A DNA stretch of 64,000 nt from an uncultured Candidatus Saccharibacteria bacterium (GTDB lineage Bacteria > Patescibacteriota > Saccharimonadia > Saccharimonadales > Saccharimonadaceae). This document shows, piece after piece, positions 46,665-56,476 of the stretch; position 1 is the first letter of the stretch, and each line of letters opens with the position of its first letter. Under the pieces are notes generated by a model. That model saw only the letters and a program-made list of their open reading frames with translations, was not told the origin of the DNA and ran no database searches. The position numbers and the translations under genes are program-made. The DNA lies in assembly GCA_964407405.1 (NCBI GenBank), contig CAYOVH010000002.1, forward strand, positions 184,053 through 248,052. The letters run 5' to 3'.

Positions 46665-49181
46665 CTAGATTCCTTGAATTGATATAGATCCTGTCTTTGC
46701 TTTTACTGTTTCATTTATGAGTTTCGCTATTCGAGTGGCAATGGCCCGTTCATCTGCCTTTGATGAGGTCATTACCCCGGACATAGATAAGTTAACTGTA
46801 ACATTAGTACTTCCCCCAGCTACACCGTCCTTTGGTAGTCCAGTAGCTTGGTTTACCTGTTCCTTCGGAAGAACGTACTCCCCTGCATGAACGATACCAG
46901 CAACGTCATTCTTTGCGCCAGTGCCAGTAAAACCACCACTTGCGAAAGCAGGAACAACATATCTCTTCCCTTTATACTCATTGACTGAGAATCCGCGATC
47001 AATATCTTTTTTATCTTTACTCTCAAAAACAATAGGTGTTCCTGCAACTTCTTTTGTATAAGATTTAACCTGATTTTTTCCATATTGAGACCCGTAGGCT
47101 TGTCCTGCGGCAGCACCGGCTGAACTTGCATCGGCTATTTGTTGTCTTAGACTCTTAAGCTGCTCATCACGCTGTTTCTTGAGCGCTTGTATCTCGTCAA
47201 GTAGCATTACACCACGTACTGATAGCACGTCATTACGATGTTTATTGAGAAGCGCGAGTTCTTCATTGAGTTTTTTCTGGTTTTCAGCTCTTCTTGCTTC
47301 ATATTCAGTCTTTGCAGATTGGGTTTGAGCATTAAATTCTTGTTCTCTGAGACCAGTAGATTTCTGATATTCTGCATTTTCTCGCGCAAGAGCAAATTGC
47401 AGCTCTGAGAGTTGTTTCTGATTTGCAACAGTGTTGTACTTTGATAGAAAGTCTATCTGATTTTGTAATGCACGAGTTTTCTGCTGGTGAGTTAAGAGCT
47501 CCTCATTCTGAGTTTTATTGAATGACGTCAGGCGCTCATTATAGGCATTTTTATAAGCCCTTTCCTCTTCAGTGAGAGTTTTTGTAAGAGAGGCTATATT
47601 CTCATTTTTCTCTTTAACAAGTTGCGCAAGTGAATAACGATAATTATCCCTCACATCCTGCATCTGCTGGTTGATCTTGGCTATTTGCTTTGCAGTATCT
47701 TTTGCATTAGTTGCTGCTGTACCAAGTCCACCAGCGGCCTCATTAACATTTTGACCAAATTTATCTGATAAATCCTCTGCGCTATCTAAATTGTCAATTA
47801 ATGATGATACAGCAATACCGGTACCAATTGCCGCTAATCCGCCCAATAGAGCTGTCAGTCCACCACTAGCAAAAGCACTAGCAACACCCATTGCTGTTAT
47901 TGCTGAACGAATTGTACGAAAAGCTGTAATTGCTAGTGGTACAACAGTTAGGAACCCAACAAATGCAGTTGCTCCTGCGCCAAATGCGATTGCAGCCTTC
48001 TGGCCTTCTTCATTCATACCTCCAAGAGCACCAATAAAACCACCAGTAACAATATTAGTAACACGCCCAATGGTTGTCTGCATCTCTTTCAGTGTTTGAT
48101 TTAGTTGAGCCTGCTTGCCTGCATTAGTTTCGGCCAGTACAGCAGAATCACCCTCTACAAGATTGTTAAGACGCTGCTGACCAATTAATTTAGCTTGTAC
48201 ACGCTCTTTCTCGCTTAGTTGAGAGACACTCTTACCCAATACCCCAGCACCATACTCGAGTATCTTATTCCAATTTTCGGTTTGTCCAGATAGATTACCG
48301 ATTGCGCTGTTTTCGGTATAGAATGATTCTGCTAGGTTTCCGACCGCTGTATCAAAGTCTATAGTTGACGATTTACCAAATGCTGCTTGGTCTTTATAGC
48401 CTTGCATTAGCTTTATTGCTTCTGGTAGACCGACACCAGCTGTAAGTAGCTTTTGTAGTCCATCGGCCGCAGTGGAAACTGTAATGAGTCCATCGCTTGC
48501 TAGGCTCTGGGCTGCACTAGTGGCTTCTTTCGCACTATATCCAAATCTCTCTGAGAGCCTTGATAGTCCTGCTAGTGCCGCCTCATATTCATTTGCAGCA
48601 GTGACACTATTCTTAACAACATTCATAGCCGTGTTGAGGACAGTTAGTCCAGCTACTACGCCGCCAATAGCAACAATAGAATCTGCCATTGAGCTAGTAA
48701 AGCTATTTTGGCTCTTATACGTACCATCAAGCATCGAAGAAAGCTTTGATTGCTGTTGAGATTGGTTTTGTACTGCTACATTGAGAGCATTTGTGGCACT
48801 ACTTGCTTGTGTAGATCCAGCACCATATCTTTGAATAGCGGCCGTACTTCGTGCAGTTGCACTGGCAACTTGATTATTTGCTCGTTCAACGGTGAGGAAT
48901 TGTTTTTGAATTTGTGGAGTATAGGTAGAGAGAGTTTTAGCCGTCTCTTGGGCTTCTCTCTTTATGGCATTTACTCGAGTTTGTGCATCATATGCGGTCG
49001 TTCCACTAGATGATCCAGACTTGCTAGCTGTTGTCTGAGCAGCTTTCTTAGCAGCCTTGGATTGATTGTCGTACGATTTTTGAACTAGTTTATCTGCTTC
49101 AGCAATGGATTTCTTAAGCTGTGCTAGATCAATACTAGCATCATACTTAACGGCTCCGACTGCTGTAGCACCAGATTGCAT
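46665..49181 (-). CDS. tail tape measure protein
   Basis: 838 aa. Long coiled-coil regions, a central Gly/Ala-rich TM-like block, and the expected position after the chaperone pair. Confidence 0.85.
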   Translation of the reverse strand: MQSGATAVGAVKYDASIDLAQLKKSIAEADKLVQKSYDNQSKAAKKAAQTTASKSGSSSGTTAYDAQTRVNAIKREAQETAKTLSTYTPQIQKQFLTVERANNQVASATARSTAAIQRYGAGSTQASSATNALNVAVQNQSQQQSKLSSMLDGTYKSQNSFTSSMADSIVAIGGVVAGLTVLNTAMNVVKNSVTAANEYEAALAGLSRLSERFGYSAKEATSAAQSLASDGLITVSTAADGLQKLLTAGVGLPEAIKLMQGYKDQAAFGKSSTIDFDTAVGNLAESFYTENSAIGNLSGQTENWNKILEYGAGVLGKSVSQLSEKERVQAKLIGQQRLNNLVEGDSAVLAETNAGKQAQLNQTLKEMQTTIGRVTNIVTGGFIGALGGMNEEGQKAAIAFGAGATAFVGFLTVVPLAITAFRTIRSAITAMGVASAFASGGLTALLGGLAAIGTGIAVSSLIDNLDSAEDLSDKFGQNVNEAAGGLGTAATNAKDTAKQIAKINQQMQDVRDNYRYSLAQLVKEKNENIASLTKTLTEEERAYKNAYNERLTSFNKTQNEELLTHQQKTRALQNQIDFLSKYNTVANQKQLSELQFALARENAEYQKSTGLREQEFNAQTQSAKTEYEARRAENQKKLNEELALLNKHRNDVLSVRGVMLLDEIQALKKQRDEQLKSLRQQIADASSAGAAAGQAYGSQYGKNQVKSYTKEVAGTPIVFESKDKKDIDRGFSVNEYKGKRYVVPAFASGGFTGTGAKNDVAGIVHAGEYVLPKEQVNQATGLPKDGVAGGSTNVTVNLSMSGVMTSSKADERAIATRIAKLINETVKAKTGSISIQGI

Positions 49182-49184
49182 TTT

Positions 49185-49616
49185 TTACTCTTTCACCTCT
49201 GCTCTCTCGGCAAAAGGTCTTAGGGCACTATCAAATGAATTAGATCCGGATTTGAAGCTATTAGAAACTACTCCAGCATGTATTTTCTCAATTTGCTGTG
49301 AATAGCGTACTTTATCAGCGCCTTCGAGGAGTAACATAACCTCATCTAGGGACAGTGTCACTGCTTTATAAGCAACATTACCGTTTTTATCTAGCACTAG
49401 TTTTCCTCTGTTATCGCAAATTGGCTCAACCGTAAAACCACGGCGTATATCTCTAATTGCTTTCCATCCCCAATATGTTCCAGCTTTTGCGACTAGAAAT
49501 ATCTCCGGAGATACATCTTGGCCTTTTCGTGCCTTATTGCGCTCCATTCGCTTTTTTGCACGTTCAAGGGATTTTTTTCGTTCGTCGTCGGGCATTAAAT
49601 CAAGCAAATTAGGCAT
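49185..49616 (-). CDS. phage protein upstream of tape measure (tail assembly chaperone position)
   Basis: 143 aa. Called on position only. Confidence 0.45.
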   Translation of the reverse strand: MPNLLDLMPDDERKKSLERAKKRMERNKARKGQDVSPEIFLVAKAGTYWGWKAIRDIRRGFTVEPICDNRGKLVLDKNGNVAYKAVTLSLDEVMLLLEGADKVRYSQQIEKIHAGVVSNSFKSGSNSFDSALRPFAERAEVKE

Positions 49617-49618
49617 GA

Positions 49619-50068
49619 TTACTCTGCTTCCTCATCTGGATTAACCGATTCGTCTAACTCAAGTACATTTCTCTTTCCAAAAGCAATCTCAAATATCTTT
49701 GCACGCTCTACGTCATTAAGTGTGTTCATGATAAGATCAACAACTTTGCCATTTTTATCATCAGAAAGTAGTCGTTTGTAGATTTCAAACTGCGATTGCT
49801 TTATATTAGAAATCTCCTCACCTATCTTTTCGGCACGATCGGACTGTCTCTTTATTTTTTTCATATCAGATGGTTTAGTCGCGTCAAGACCAACAAAATC
49901 AATGGATGCAAGTTCATCTAAAAGCTTATTGAAGCGACGTTGCTTAAAAGACAGGTCTAAGTCTTCTCCAGACCCAAGCTTCCGTATATTTAATACACCG
50001 ACACCTTCGATGTTTACTGTTCTTGTATCTTGAATATCATTCAAGGCAATACTAATATTAGTGTCCAT
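49619..50068 (-). CDS. phage protein (tail assembly chaperone position)
   Basis: Start set at ATG 50068 (MDTNISI) behind AGGAGG. Acidic C-terminus. Confidence 0.5.
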   Translation of the reverse strand: MDTNISIALNDIQDTRTVNIEGVGVLNIRKLGSGEDLDLSFKQRRFNKLLDELASIDFVGLDATKPSDMKKIKRQSDRAEKIGEEISNIKQSQFEIYKRLLSDDKNGKVVDLIMNTLNDVERAKIFEIAFGKRNVLELDESVNPDEEAE

Positions 50069-50113
50069 ATAATCCTCCTGGATTATCAATGCTTTCGCAC
50101 AATGTTAAGGTTT

Positions 50114-50142
50114 CCTACTATTAATTGTGACGAGGCTGAGGA
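50114..50142 (-). promoter_or_regulatory. Phage repeated motif, copy E (degenerate)
   Basis: Minus sense TCCTCAGCCTCGTCACAATTAATAGTAGG, 45 nt upstream of ATG 50068. Confidence 0.5.
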
Positions 50143-50148
50143 TTCTAA

Positions 50149-51708
50149 TTAAGGTGCCAGGACATCAGAGCCATTCAATACAGATTGATTCAACGTAAAC
50201 CAGTGGCGCGGCGTATACTTCCTGCATTTGAGTACTTGTGTAAATTTTGCATCTTGTATCTTGTTGGTTATTGATATTACTCGATAGTTACCGGAGAACT
50301 CATCATAGTCAACTTCGATAATGTCAGATAGTTGGATAGCCGGATTCCCTTTTACTTCTATGATGATGATGTCATTATGATCAGAATATTCGTCTAGGAT
50401 CGTGCGAGCTAATGAATCAGCTTGTGAGACAGATTGAATAAAATTGTTATCTATAGTTAAGATTTTCTCTTCGTACTTATCTACAGATTCGTCATCATAT
50501 GCGTTATAAACTGTTGGCTCAAGGCTAATCTTTTTACCAGGCTGACCCCACAAGAAGAGTTGATTGATATTTACGGCAAATCCGTTTGTATTACTAAAGA
50601 TAATATTGAAGGTATTTGTTTTCAGCTCAGTGGAAACAACTGATACACCGGAATTTACGGGAGTCCCATCAGGTAGTGCAGCAGTAAACCATGATACGCT
50701 TGAGTTTTCTCCAGCAGTTGGATTTTCAATCGTTAGGCATGGGTCTGATAAATTTGCTGGGAACTCATAAGTACCCCCAGCTGGTACGACATGAAGTGTG
50801 GTATCTGATGTAGTTTTTGAATATACTGCTTGATATTCCTGTACTTCTCGTACATCAGTATTGATAATCATGTGATTGATGATTTGATCATCGCCACTTG
50901 TTTCAAGGCTGATGATACTATCATAGTCAAATATATAGGTTGGTTCACTTGGCTGTTCGAGTCGTGGTCTGAACTTAATAATTCCCTGCTCATCGAGCCA
51001 GAGCATACCCATTTCTGCTTGCATAAGCGGCCGTATAATATCACCAGCAGTCTGCTGTTCTCTCTCAAAGAAAAGAAATGGTATAACATTCCTACCTCTT
51101 GCAAGATCATACTGACTTGGCGCTAATCCAAACTGCTCAAAAATATTTGCGAGTACTTCGTCAGTGCGTACATTTTGCATAGCAATGGTATTACGAATAG
51201 GCATGTCATATATCCATGTCAAGAAGTCCATAGCCGTAAATGTTGCTGTGCTTTCTGTACGAGATATTTCTGGCATACCTTCAGTAAGGCCTACAAATTG
51301 TGGTAAAACCGTGTTAGCGAAGCCCTGGAGCAGTCGGACGGGTCTTTTAGGTAGGATGTAGCTAGATATCGGCGACGATGAGTTTGGTGTGAAGTATTTA
51401 TCGTAGTTGTTAAGCTGAAAGTCGGCTATAGCGGATACTACTGAATATGGGAATTCAAGGCTGCGCTCGATGGACATATACATTAGGCGCTCACTGAAGT
51501 CTCCGTACTCAAAATAGTTCCATGGCAAGAACTTTTCATCACCAGCGATACCTAAAATATCACCACCGTTTAAGATGGATTGATCGAGTGTAAACCAGTC
51601 TATGTCGGGGTCTGAGATTTTGTCGAACGAAATCTGTACGACATATGCATTGATTGGCCGGATATCACCGTTTGCTATGGCATTGAATTGAGGACTAACA
51701 ATTTGCAT
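50149..51708 (-). CDS. large phage tail structural protein (519 aa), function unknown
   Basis: Long ORF between the putative major tail gene and the chaperones. Contains the motif WFTL[DN]QS[IV]LNG[GS]D[IV]L near both termini. Confidence 0.6.
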   Translation of the reverse strand: MQIVSPQFNAIANGDIRPINAYVVQISFDKISDPDIDWFTLDQSILNGGDILGIAGDEKFLPWNYFEYGDFSERLMYMSIERSLEFPYSVVSAIADFQLNNYDKYFTPNSSSPISSYILPKRPVRLLQGFANTVLPQFVGLTEGMPEISRTESTATFTAMDFLTWIYDMPIRNTIAMQNVRTDEVLANIFEQFGLAPSQYDLARGRNVIPFLFFEREQQTAGDIIRPLMQAEMGMLWLDEQGIIKFRPRLEQPSEPTYIFDYDSIISLETSGDDQIINHMIINTDVREVQEYQAVYSKTTSDTTLHVVPAGGTYEFPANLSDPCLTIENPTAGENSSVSWFTAALPDGTPVNSGVSVVSTELKTNTFNIIFSNTNGFAVNINQLFLWGQPGKKISLEPTVYNAYDDESVDKYEEKILTIDNNFIQSVSQADSLARTILDEYSDHNDIIIIEVKGNPAIQLSDIIEVDYDEFSGNYRVISITNKIQDAKFTQVLKCRKYTPRHWFTLNQSVLNGSDVLAP

Positions 51709-51710
51709 GG

Positions 51711-52091
51711 TTAACTCCCCAGCTGACGAGTCTCACGTAGCGTAATTGTCACGTCTGATACTGTCCCGCAGTCGTCGATAAGATTCTTAGGACCCAACAT
51801 ATAGTCCACGACGAGATTACTAACATTCTCGCCATCAATAGTGAGCCTAGGATACATCCATTCCGCTTTCTGACGCTCGTAGATATCATGCAATAGGTCA
51901 TATTCATCTTTGCTCAGAAAAGCCCAGCTGTGGCTCCATATACGCTTTGTCGCCATATAATCGCGATATATATTCCCTGACAACGGCTCGACAGTAGTCA
52001 TTATTTCGTTGTCAACTCTCGTAAGAGGTACCTCCAGTGGTGGTAGCTCATGTGTTCCTGTTGAGTCAGTAAGATAGATTGTGTAACTCAT
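51711..52091 (-). CDS. phage structural-region protein, function unknown
   Basis: Start trimmed to ATG 52091 (MSYTIYL), directly after motif copy B. Confidence 0.55.
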   Translation of the reverse strand: MSYTIYLTDSTGTHELPPLEVPLTRVDNEIMTTVEPLSGNIYRDYMATKRIWSHSWAFLSKDEYDLLHDIYERQKAEWMYPRLTIDGENVSNLVVDYMLGPKNLIDDCGTVSDVTITLRETRQLGS

Positions 52092-52119
52092 TCTATCTTT
52101 AATTATGTAGAGGCTGAGT
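52092..52119 (-). promoter_or_regulatory. Phage repeated motif, copy B
   Basis: Minus sense ACTCAGCCTCTACATAATTAAAGATAGA followed by ATG. Preceded by a terminator. Confidence 0.6.
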
Positions 52120-52130
52120 CTAGCAGTTGG

Positions 52131-52164
52131 GTATAATAAAACCACTCTGTAACAGGAGTGGTTT
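52131..52164 (-). terminator. Intrinsic terminator after the putative major tail gene
   Basis: Minus sense AACCACTC-CTGTTACA-GAGTGGTT followed by TTATTAT. Confidence 0.55.
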
Positions 52165-52202
52165 TAAAAGTGTGTCAATACCTTTTTGCTACAGTATTTA
52201 CA

Positions 52203-52700
52203 CTAGCTAGTAAGCGGTGAACCATACTGTACCTGTCCTAGAGGGTTCTTCTTCGGGTAGAAGTACAGGTTTACTGCAAGCTCATCCGTAGCGTTGCGCT
52301 CGTTTGTATCCTCAAAGGCAAGCTCTGCTACTGGATAGGTCATGTCACGGCTATCATCTTCGTCACAGGTGTAGTGGAAGTTAACTGTAGCTGTTTCGTT
52401 AGGTGTACATACTGCACCGCCCAGAACAAAGGTATCGCCATCCATGCTATCTGGTAGCAAGTACTGGACGTCGCTCCACTTATTCAGATAGATCACGGCC
52501 ACTGTGCTTGGATTGTCTAGCTGCTTCGAGGGCGAGCTAGTAGTACCAGAAATCCTATCGCTAGTCCTAATGACCGGCGAGTGGCTTGGCGTCCATGATC
52601 CGACAAAGTTGTCATTAATTGTTACTGACGTGCCACCTGAATAGATGATGGTGATCTCCATGTCACCTGACATTGGCTGTGAAACTGTTGGGAATGGCAT
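52203..52700 (-). CDS. putative major tail protein
   Basis: 165 aa. Last gene of the head-tail joining block and followed by a terminator. Called on position only. Confidence 0.45.
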   Translation of the reverse strand: MPFPTVSQPMSGDMEITIIYSGGTSVTINDNFVGSWTPSHSPVIRTSDRISGTTSSPSKQLDNPSTVAVIYLNKWSDVQYLLPDSMDGDTFVLGGAVCTPNETATVNFHYTCDEDDSRDMTYPVAELAFEDTNERNATDELAVNLYFYPKKNPLGQVQYGSPLTS

Positions 52701-52711
52701 TTCTTTTCTCC

Positions 52712-53101
52712 TTATCTGTTAAATAAAATTGTGCCTGTCATCGTATAAATGACTCTTTTTAGGCTGTCCATCCCTACGTTAGTAATGGTAGACGGCCTCA
52801 TTAACGTGATATTTGTATACGCCTTACTCGTTATCGGCGGAACTGCTGGTAGATCGCATATATCGTTGTCTATCAAAAAGTCTCGTATCTCTACTAGCTT
52901 TTTATAGCCGTTGACATCGTTTGCATCTCTTGAGAAAAGCTCAAAACTTTGCGAGTTTCTACTACCTCTCTGATTCGAATCGCCAATGTCAGCGATATAT
53001 ATGCCATCTTCGTTTAGCGTAAGCTTTTGGAAGAACAAATCTTCGTCAATAGTGCCAAAGCCCTTATTTTCTAATAGTTTCAGCAGGCTCAGAGTTATCA
53101 T
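52712..53101 (-). CDS. phage head-tail joining/tail terminator-position protein
   Basis: 129-aa ORF. Called on position. Confidence 0.45.
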   Translation of the reverse strand: MITLSLLKLLENKGFGTIDEDLFFQKLTLNEDGIYIADIGDSNQRGSRNSQSFELFSRDANDVNGYKKLVEIRDFLIDNDICDLPAVPPITSKAYTNITLMRPSTITNVGMDSLKRVIYTMTGTILFNR

Positions 53102-53430
53102 TTCGACATCTCATAGTATTTTTTAATGTTTTCTTTCGCGACACTATCACCTGATCGTTCAGAATAGTGCAGTGTCTGCGGGTTCTTTTTATTTTCAAAG
53201 TTACGACGGAGGGCATATGGTACGCCTACATCACTACCGCCAAAAGTGGCAGAATAGTTGGCCGTACTATTTTTCACCACTCTACCACTATCTACGAGGT
53301 CTCCAGACAGTACAGGAGCTATGACTTTACCTCTATTGACCATGGTTTGCGCCATATTCTTAGCGGTTCTGTCTAATCGCCCCTCTTCCTGTTGGAGCCA
53401 TTGTCTTGAGTTAGACTTAAATCCGCCCAT
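53098..53430 (-). CDS. HK97 gp10-like head-tail joining protein
   Basis: LDRTAKNMAQTMVNRGKVIAPVLSGDLVDSGRV resembles the HK97-gp10 family. Confidence 0.6.
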   Translation of the reverse strand: MGGFKSNSRQWLQQEEGRLDRTAKNMAQTMVNRGKVIAPVLSGDLVDSGRVVKNSTANYSATFGGSDVGVPYALRRNFENKKNPQTLHYSERSGDSVAKENIKKYYEMSK

Positions 53431-53795
53431 TATGACACCTCATAATCTGCGTAATCAGCAGATTGTAAAGTTAGTTCGTAATGCTCGATCACACCCTCGT
53501 CTTGGTTTCTACCAATGCCAAACCCGATAATCTCGTAGTCATTGCCATCGATTCTGACGCCTTGACCCACGAAATCTTTGGGATTGGTTGGTAAAAATGT
53601 TTCAAAAGGGTGGATATAGAGCAGTGAGTCAGACTGGTGGGTTTCTTGGTTATTTGACGTAACCATTCCACAATCTATATCAGCAACTCCAGTGGCGTTG
53701 TGAGTGCCGACAATCCGATTACCATAAACACCGCCCCTAGATATTTCTAAATAGGTGTAAGTTACCTCGGGGAACACATCAAATACAGTATCCAC
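53430..53795 (-). CDS. phage head closure/adaptor-position protein
   Basis: 121-aa ORF. Called on position. Confidence 0.45.
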   Translation of the reverse strand: MDTVFDVFPEVTYTYLEISRGGVYGNRIVGTHNATGVADIDCGMVTSNNQETHQSDSLLYIHPFETFLPTNPKDFVGQGVRIDGNDYEIIGFGIGRNQDEGVIEHYELTLQSADYADYEVS

Positions 53796-54399
53796 AATCG
53801 TACTTTCCGTGAGTTACACAGGTTTTACCATGCTTAACGTAGCCGATATTGCACATGCTGTACTTGCGTATAACACTTGCGTTATCTTCGTTAAATTGCG
53901 CGTCATCGCTAAGGTCACCAAACGTTATGTCAAAGTTTCTTACGCGTTTACGTTTTACAGCTTTAACTGCACGCTTAGCAGACACTACAGCAAATGATTG
54001 AGCCAATAGACGTTGCAAATCGACAGGTATAGTATCAAAACCCCAGTAGCCTGTTATAGCAACTGTAGAGCCTCCACATTCGTTTAATACAATCGAGTTA
54101 TAGAACGGATTACTGCGCTTATCCCAAAATGCTTGATGGTAGCCAGTCGTAACGGCTCCATCGACCTTTACCTCGGTCAAAGATGTGAATATGTCAGTAA
54201 ATACCGTGCTATAACCGTCTCGTATGTCAAAAGTTCTGGTGGTTGTCTCTGGGTCACCGCTGGTGTCATCGACATCAAGGCTAACACAAAGTAATTCCTC
54301 TAGGCTTTCTTTTGCTATTTCAAGGTACAAATCTAAGTTACTAACCTCAGTAGGCGTGAGGGGTCGCCCTAGTAATGCTTCAAGTTCTTGTTGCGTCAT
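53779..54399 (-). CDS. head-tail connector (gp6-like) protein with Cys-rich C-terminal tail
   Basis: N-terminus MTQQELEALLGRPLTPTEVSNLDLYLEIAKESLEELL is typical of gp6-like connectors. The C-terminus has C-x10-C-x7-C-x2-C. Confidence 0.6.
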   Translation of the reverse strand: MTQQELEALLGRPLTPTEVSNLDLYLEIAKESLEELLCVSLDVDDTSGDPETTTRTFDIRDGYSTVFTDIFTSLTEVKVDGAVTTGYHQAFWDKRSNPFYNSIVLNECGGSTVAITGYWGFDTIPVDLQRLLAQSFAVVSAKRAVKAVKRKRVRNFDITFGDLSDDAQFNEDNASVIRKYSMCNIGYVKHGKTCVTHGKYDCGYCI

Positions 54400-54418
54400 A
54401 GTTTGACCCCTTTCCTAA

Positions 54419-56380
54419 TTAAGATGTTGCTTCGGTTGCGATAGCTACAGCGGATACACCAGCGCCAGCAAGTGCTCCACCTTTGTAGATTTCACTTAGG
54501 TACTCATGCTTGTTTTCTTTAAGAACGAAGTTTGTGAAACTCTCAATACTTGCGTCACCAACTGTCTTGTATGAGCTGAGCACCACGAGAACAGCGTCTA
54601 CGTCAGGTGAGGTTGTATCGTTGAACCACTTAGGTTCAAACACACCCTCTAGACCAAGAGCCTCTGAAGTAGTCGCACGGCTTGGTGGAATTGGACTAGT
54701 GCCGTTGGCGATGAATTCAAGACGAATATCTGTTAGATAGCCTTTTTTAGCGATAAGGTATACATCACCCTCAACTTCGATTTCATCTGTAGCCTTAACA
54801 AGCGATACGCTCTTTGTTTCGCCTGGAGCAGGTGTATATATAACTGCGAATGTATTGCTTGGAGAAAGTGCATCGGTAAGGATAGGAGTAAAACCACCCT
54901 GTGAAGCGTCTTCACGGATCTTACGGTTTGAGCTAGGAGAACGGCCATCACCAATAACAACTGCACGTTCAATTTCACGGACAACACGAGTTGGTAGCTC
55001 GTTCATCACGAAGGTTATTAAAGCACCAGTTGAGCGCTGTTGACGGACATCTTCTTTGTTAAGAGTAAGGTACTTGTAAATGTACTGAGCGCGGATAACA
55101 CGGTTATCAAAGTCAAGGATTTGCTCCTCTTTATCGACACCTTTTTTGTGACCACCCGCACGGCTAGTATCAGCTTCAGCGTCAGTGTCATCCCAGTCAA
55201 CACGTGCAACATCAAGACCTGTGTGGTTAAGAGCGTTATAAATACCGCTAGCCTTAACAGCATCTTCAATCTTAGTTACCAGTGGTGCTGGCAATACAAA
55301 GTAGTCAGCAGAGTCTGGTGCTAGTCCGTTTTTGATTGCGATATCTTTCCAAGCAGCACGAACACGGGCAACTGATTCTTCGTTTGCATCACCTGGGTGA
55401 GCAGCTAGAACGTTTGCGAAGTCTTCTACAGCTTGCGTAGATTTAATATAGTTTTCAAAGTTTGCTTTTGGTGCTGCGTTTGTAGGTTCAGCCTGATTCT
55501 TAGGCTCAATAACCTGTGCTACTGCAACTTTTTCTTGTTCTGTCATTATAGTTTCCTTATCTTTGACTGATTTATCTTCCTCTACTACTTCGTCAGTCAC
55601 CTCTGTAGTTTCGGTTTTCTCGACTTCTGTCGGAGTTTCTGCTTTCGGCTCATCTGTGGTTTTTGGTTCCTCAGCAGCAGCCTTAACAGGTTCTTTGGTT
55701 GTATTGGAAACATTTATTTCCTCGACTTTTAACGCGTCTGTTTTCTCTTTGATACTCATAGCGGGTTGCATAACAGCATTTCGGACTGTTGATGCGAAGC
55801 TAAGTGCATTTTTGATAGAGTCAGACACGGTTGGCTTCTTGGGTTCTTGAGCTTCCGTAGCGAATCCTAGATCAACTGCTTCTTGTGCTGTCATCCATGT
55901 CTCGGCGGCTAGTAGTTCGGAGATCTCCTCTTCACTCTTGCCAGTCCTTGCGACATAAATAGATGCAATACTGTCACCAGTCTTCTCAAGCATTTCGACT
56001 ACTTTTGATAGTTCATCCTTATTACCCATAGCGAATGTCCACGGATTGTGAATCATCATCATAGAGCCGGGTAGCATAATGATGTCTTCACCGGCCATAG
56101 CAACGAACGAAGCGGCAGAGGCTGCGAGGGCTTCTACTTTAACGGTCACCTTGCCATCATGTTCGACAAGGGCGTTATAGATAGATACTCCAGCGAAAAC
56201 ATCACCACCAGGGCTGTTAATCCTAACGGTAATATCACCTGTATGCTGTTTTAGTTCCTTTTTAAAGGCTTTTGGTGTGACTTCATCACCCCACCAGGAT
56301 GAGCTAGCGATAACTCCCTCAAGCAAAAGTTCAGACTCATTTCCAGCCTCATCTTTTACCCATTTCCAGAATTTATCCAT
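54419..56380 (-). CDS. ClpP-like prohead protease fused to scaffold-like linker and HK97-type major capsid protein
   Basis: N-terminal INSPGGDVFAGVSIYNAL...AASAASFVAMAG...MMIHNPW (S14 protease). Acidic/Lys-rich middle. C-terminal region of about 330 aa of capsid-like sequence. Confidence 0.8.
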   Translation of the reverse strand: MDKFWKWVKDEAGNESELLLEGVIASSSWWGDEVTPKAFKKELKQHTGDITVRINSPGGDVFAGVSIYNALVEHDGKVTVKVEALAASAASFVAMAGEDIIMLPGSMMMIHNPWTFAMGNKDELSKVVEMLEKTGDSIASIYVARTGKSEEEISELLAAETWMTAQEAVDLGFATEAQEPKKPTVSDSIKNALSFASTVRNAVMQPAMSIKEKTDALKVEEINVSNTTKEPVKAAAEEPKTTDEPKAETPTEVEKTETTEVTDEVVEEDKSVKDKETIMTEQEKVAVAQVIEPKNQAEPTNAAPKANFENYIKSTQAVEDFANVLAAHPGDANEESVARVRAAWKDIAIKNGLAPDSADYFVLPAPLVTKIEDAVKASGIYNALNHTGLDVARVDWDDTDAEADTSRAGGHKKGVDKEEQILDFDNRVIRAQYIYKYLTLNKEDVRQQRSTGALITFVMNELPTRVVREIERAVVIGDGRSPSSNRKIREDASQGGFTPILTDALSPSNTFAVIYTPAPGETKSVSLVKATDEIEVEGDVYLIAKKGYLTDIRLEFIANGTSPIPPSRATTSEALGLEGVFEPKWFNDTTSPDVDAVLVVLSSYKTVGDASIESFTNFVLKENKHEYLSEIYKGGALAGAGVSAVAIATEATS

Positions 56381-56448
56381 GCTTTACCTTTACTTATTAA
56401 AGTTTTAGAACACTCCCTTGCGTTCTTAGTGAACTTTGCTTGTTCGGT

Positions 56449-56476
56449 TCTACCTTTAATTATGTAGAGGCTGAGA
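56449..56476 (-). promoter_or_regulatory. Phage repeated motif, copy A
   Basis: Minus sense TCTCAGCCTCTACATAATTAAAGGTAGA, directly after the upstream stop and 68 nt before ATG 56380. Confidence 0.6.
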
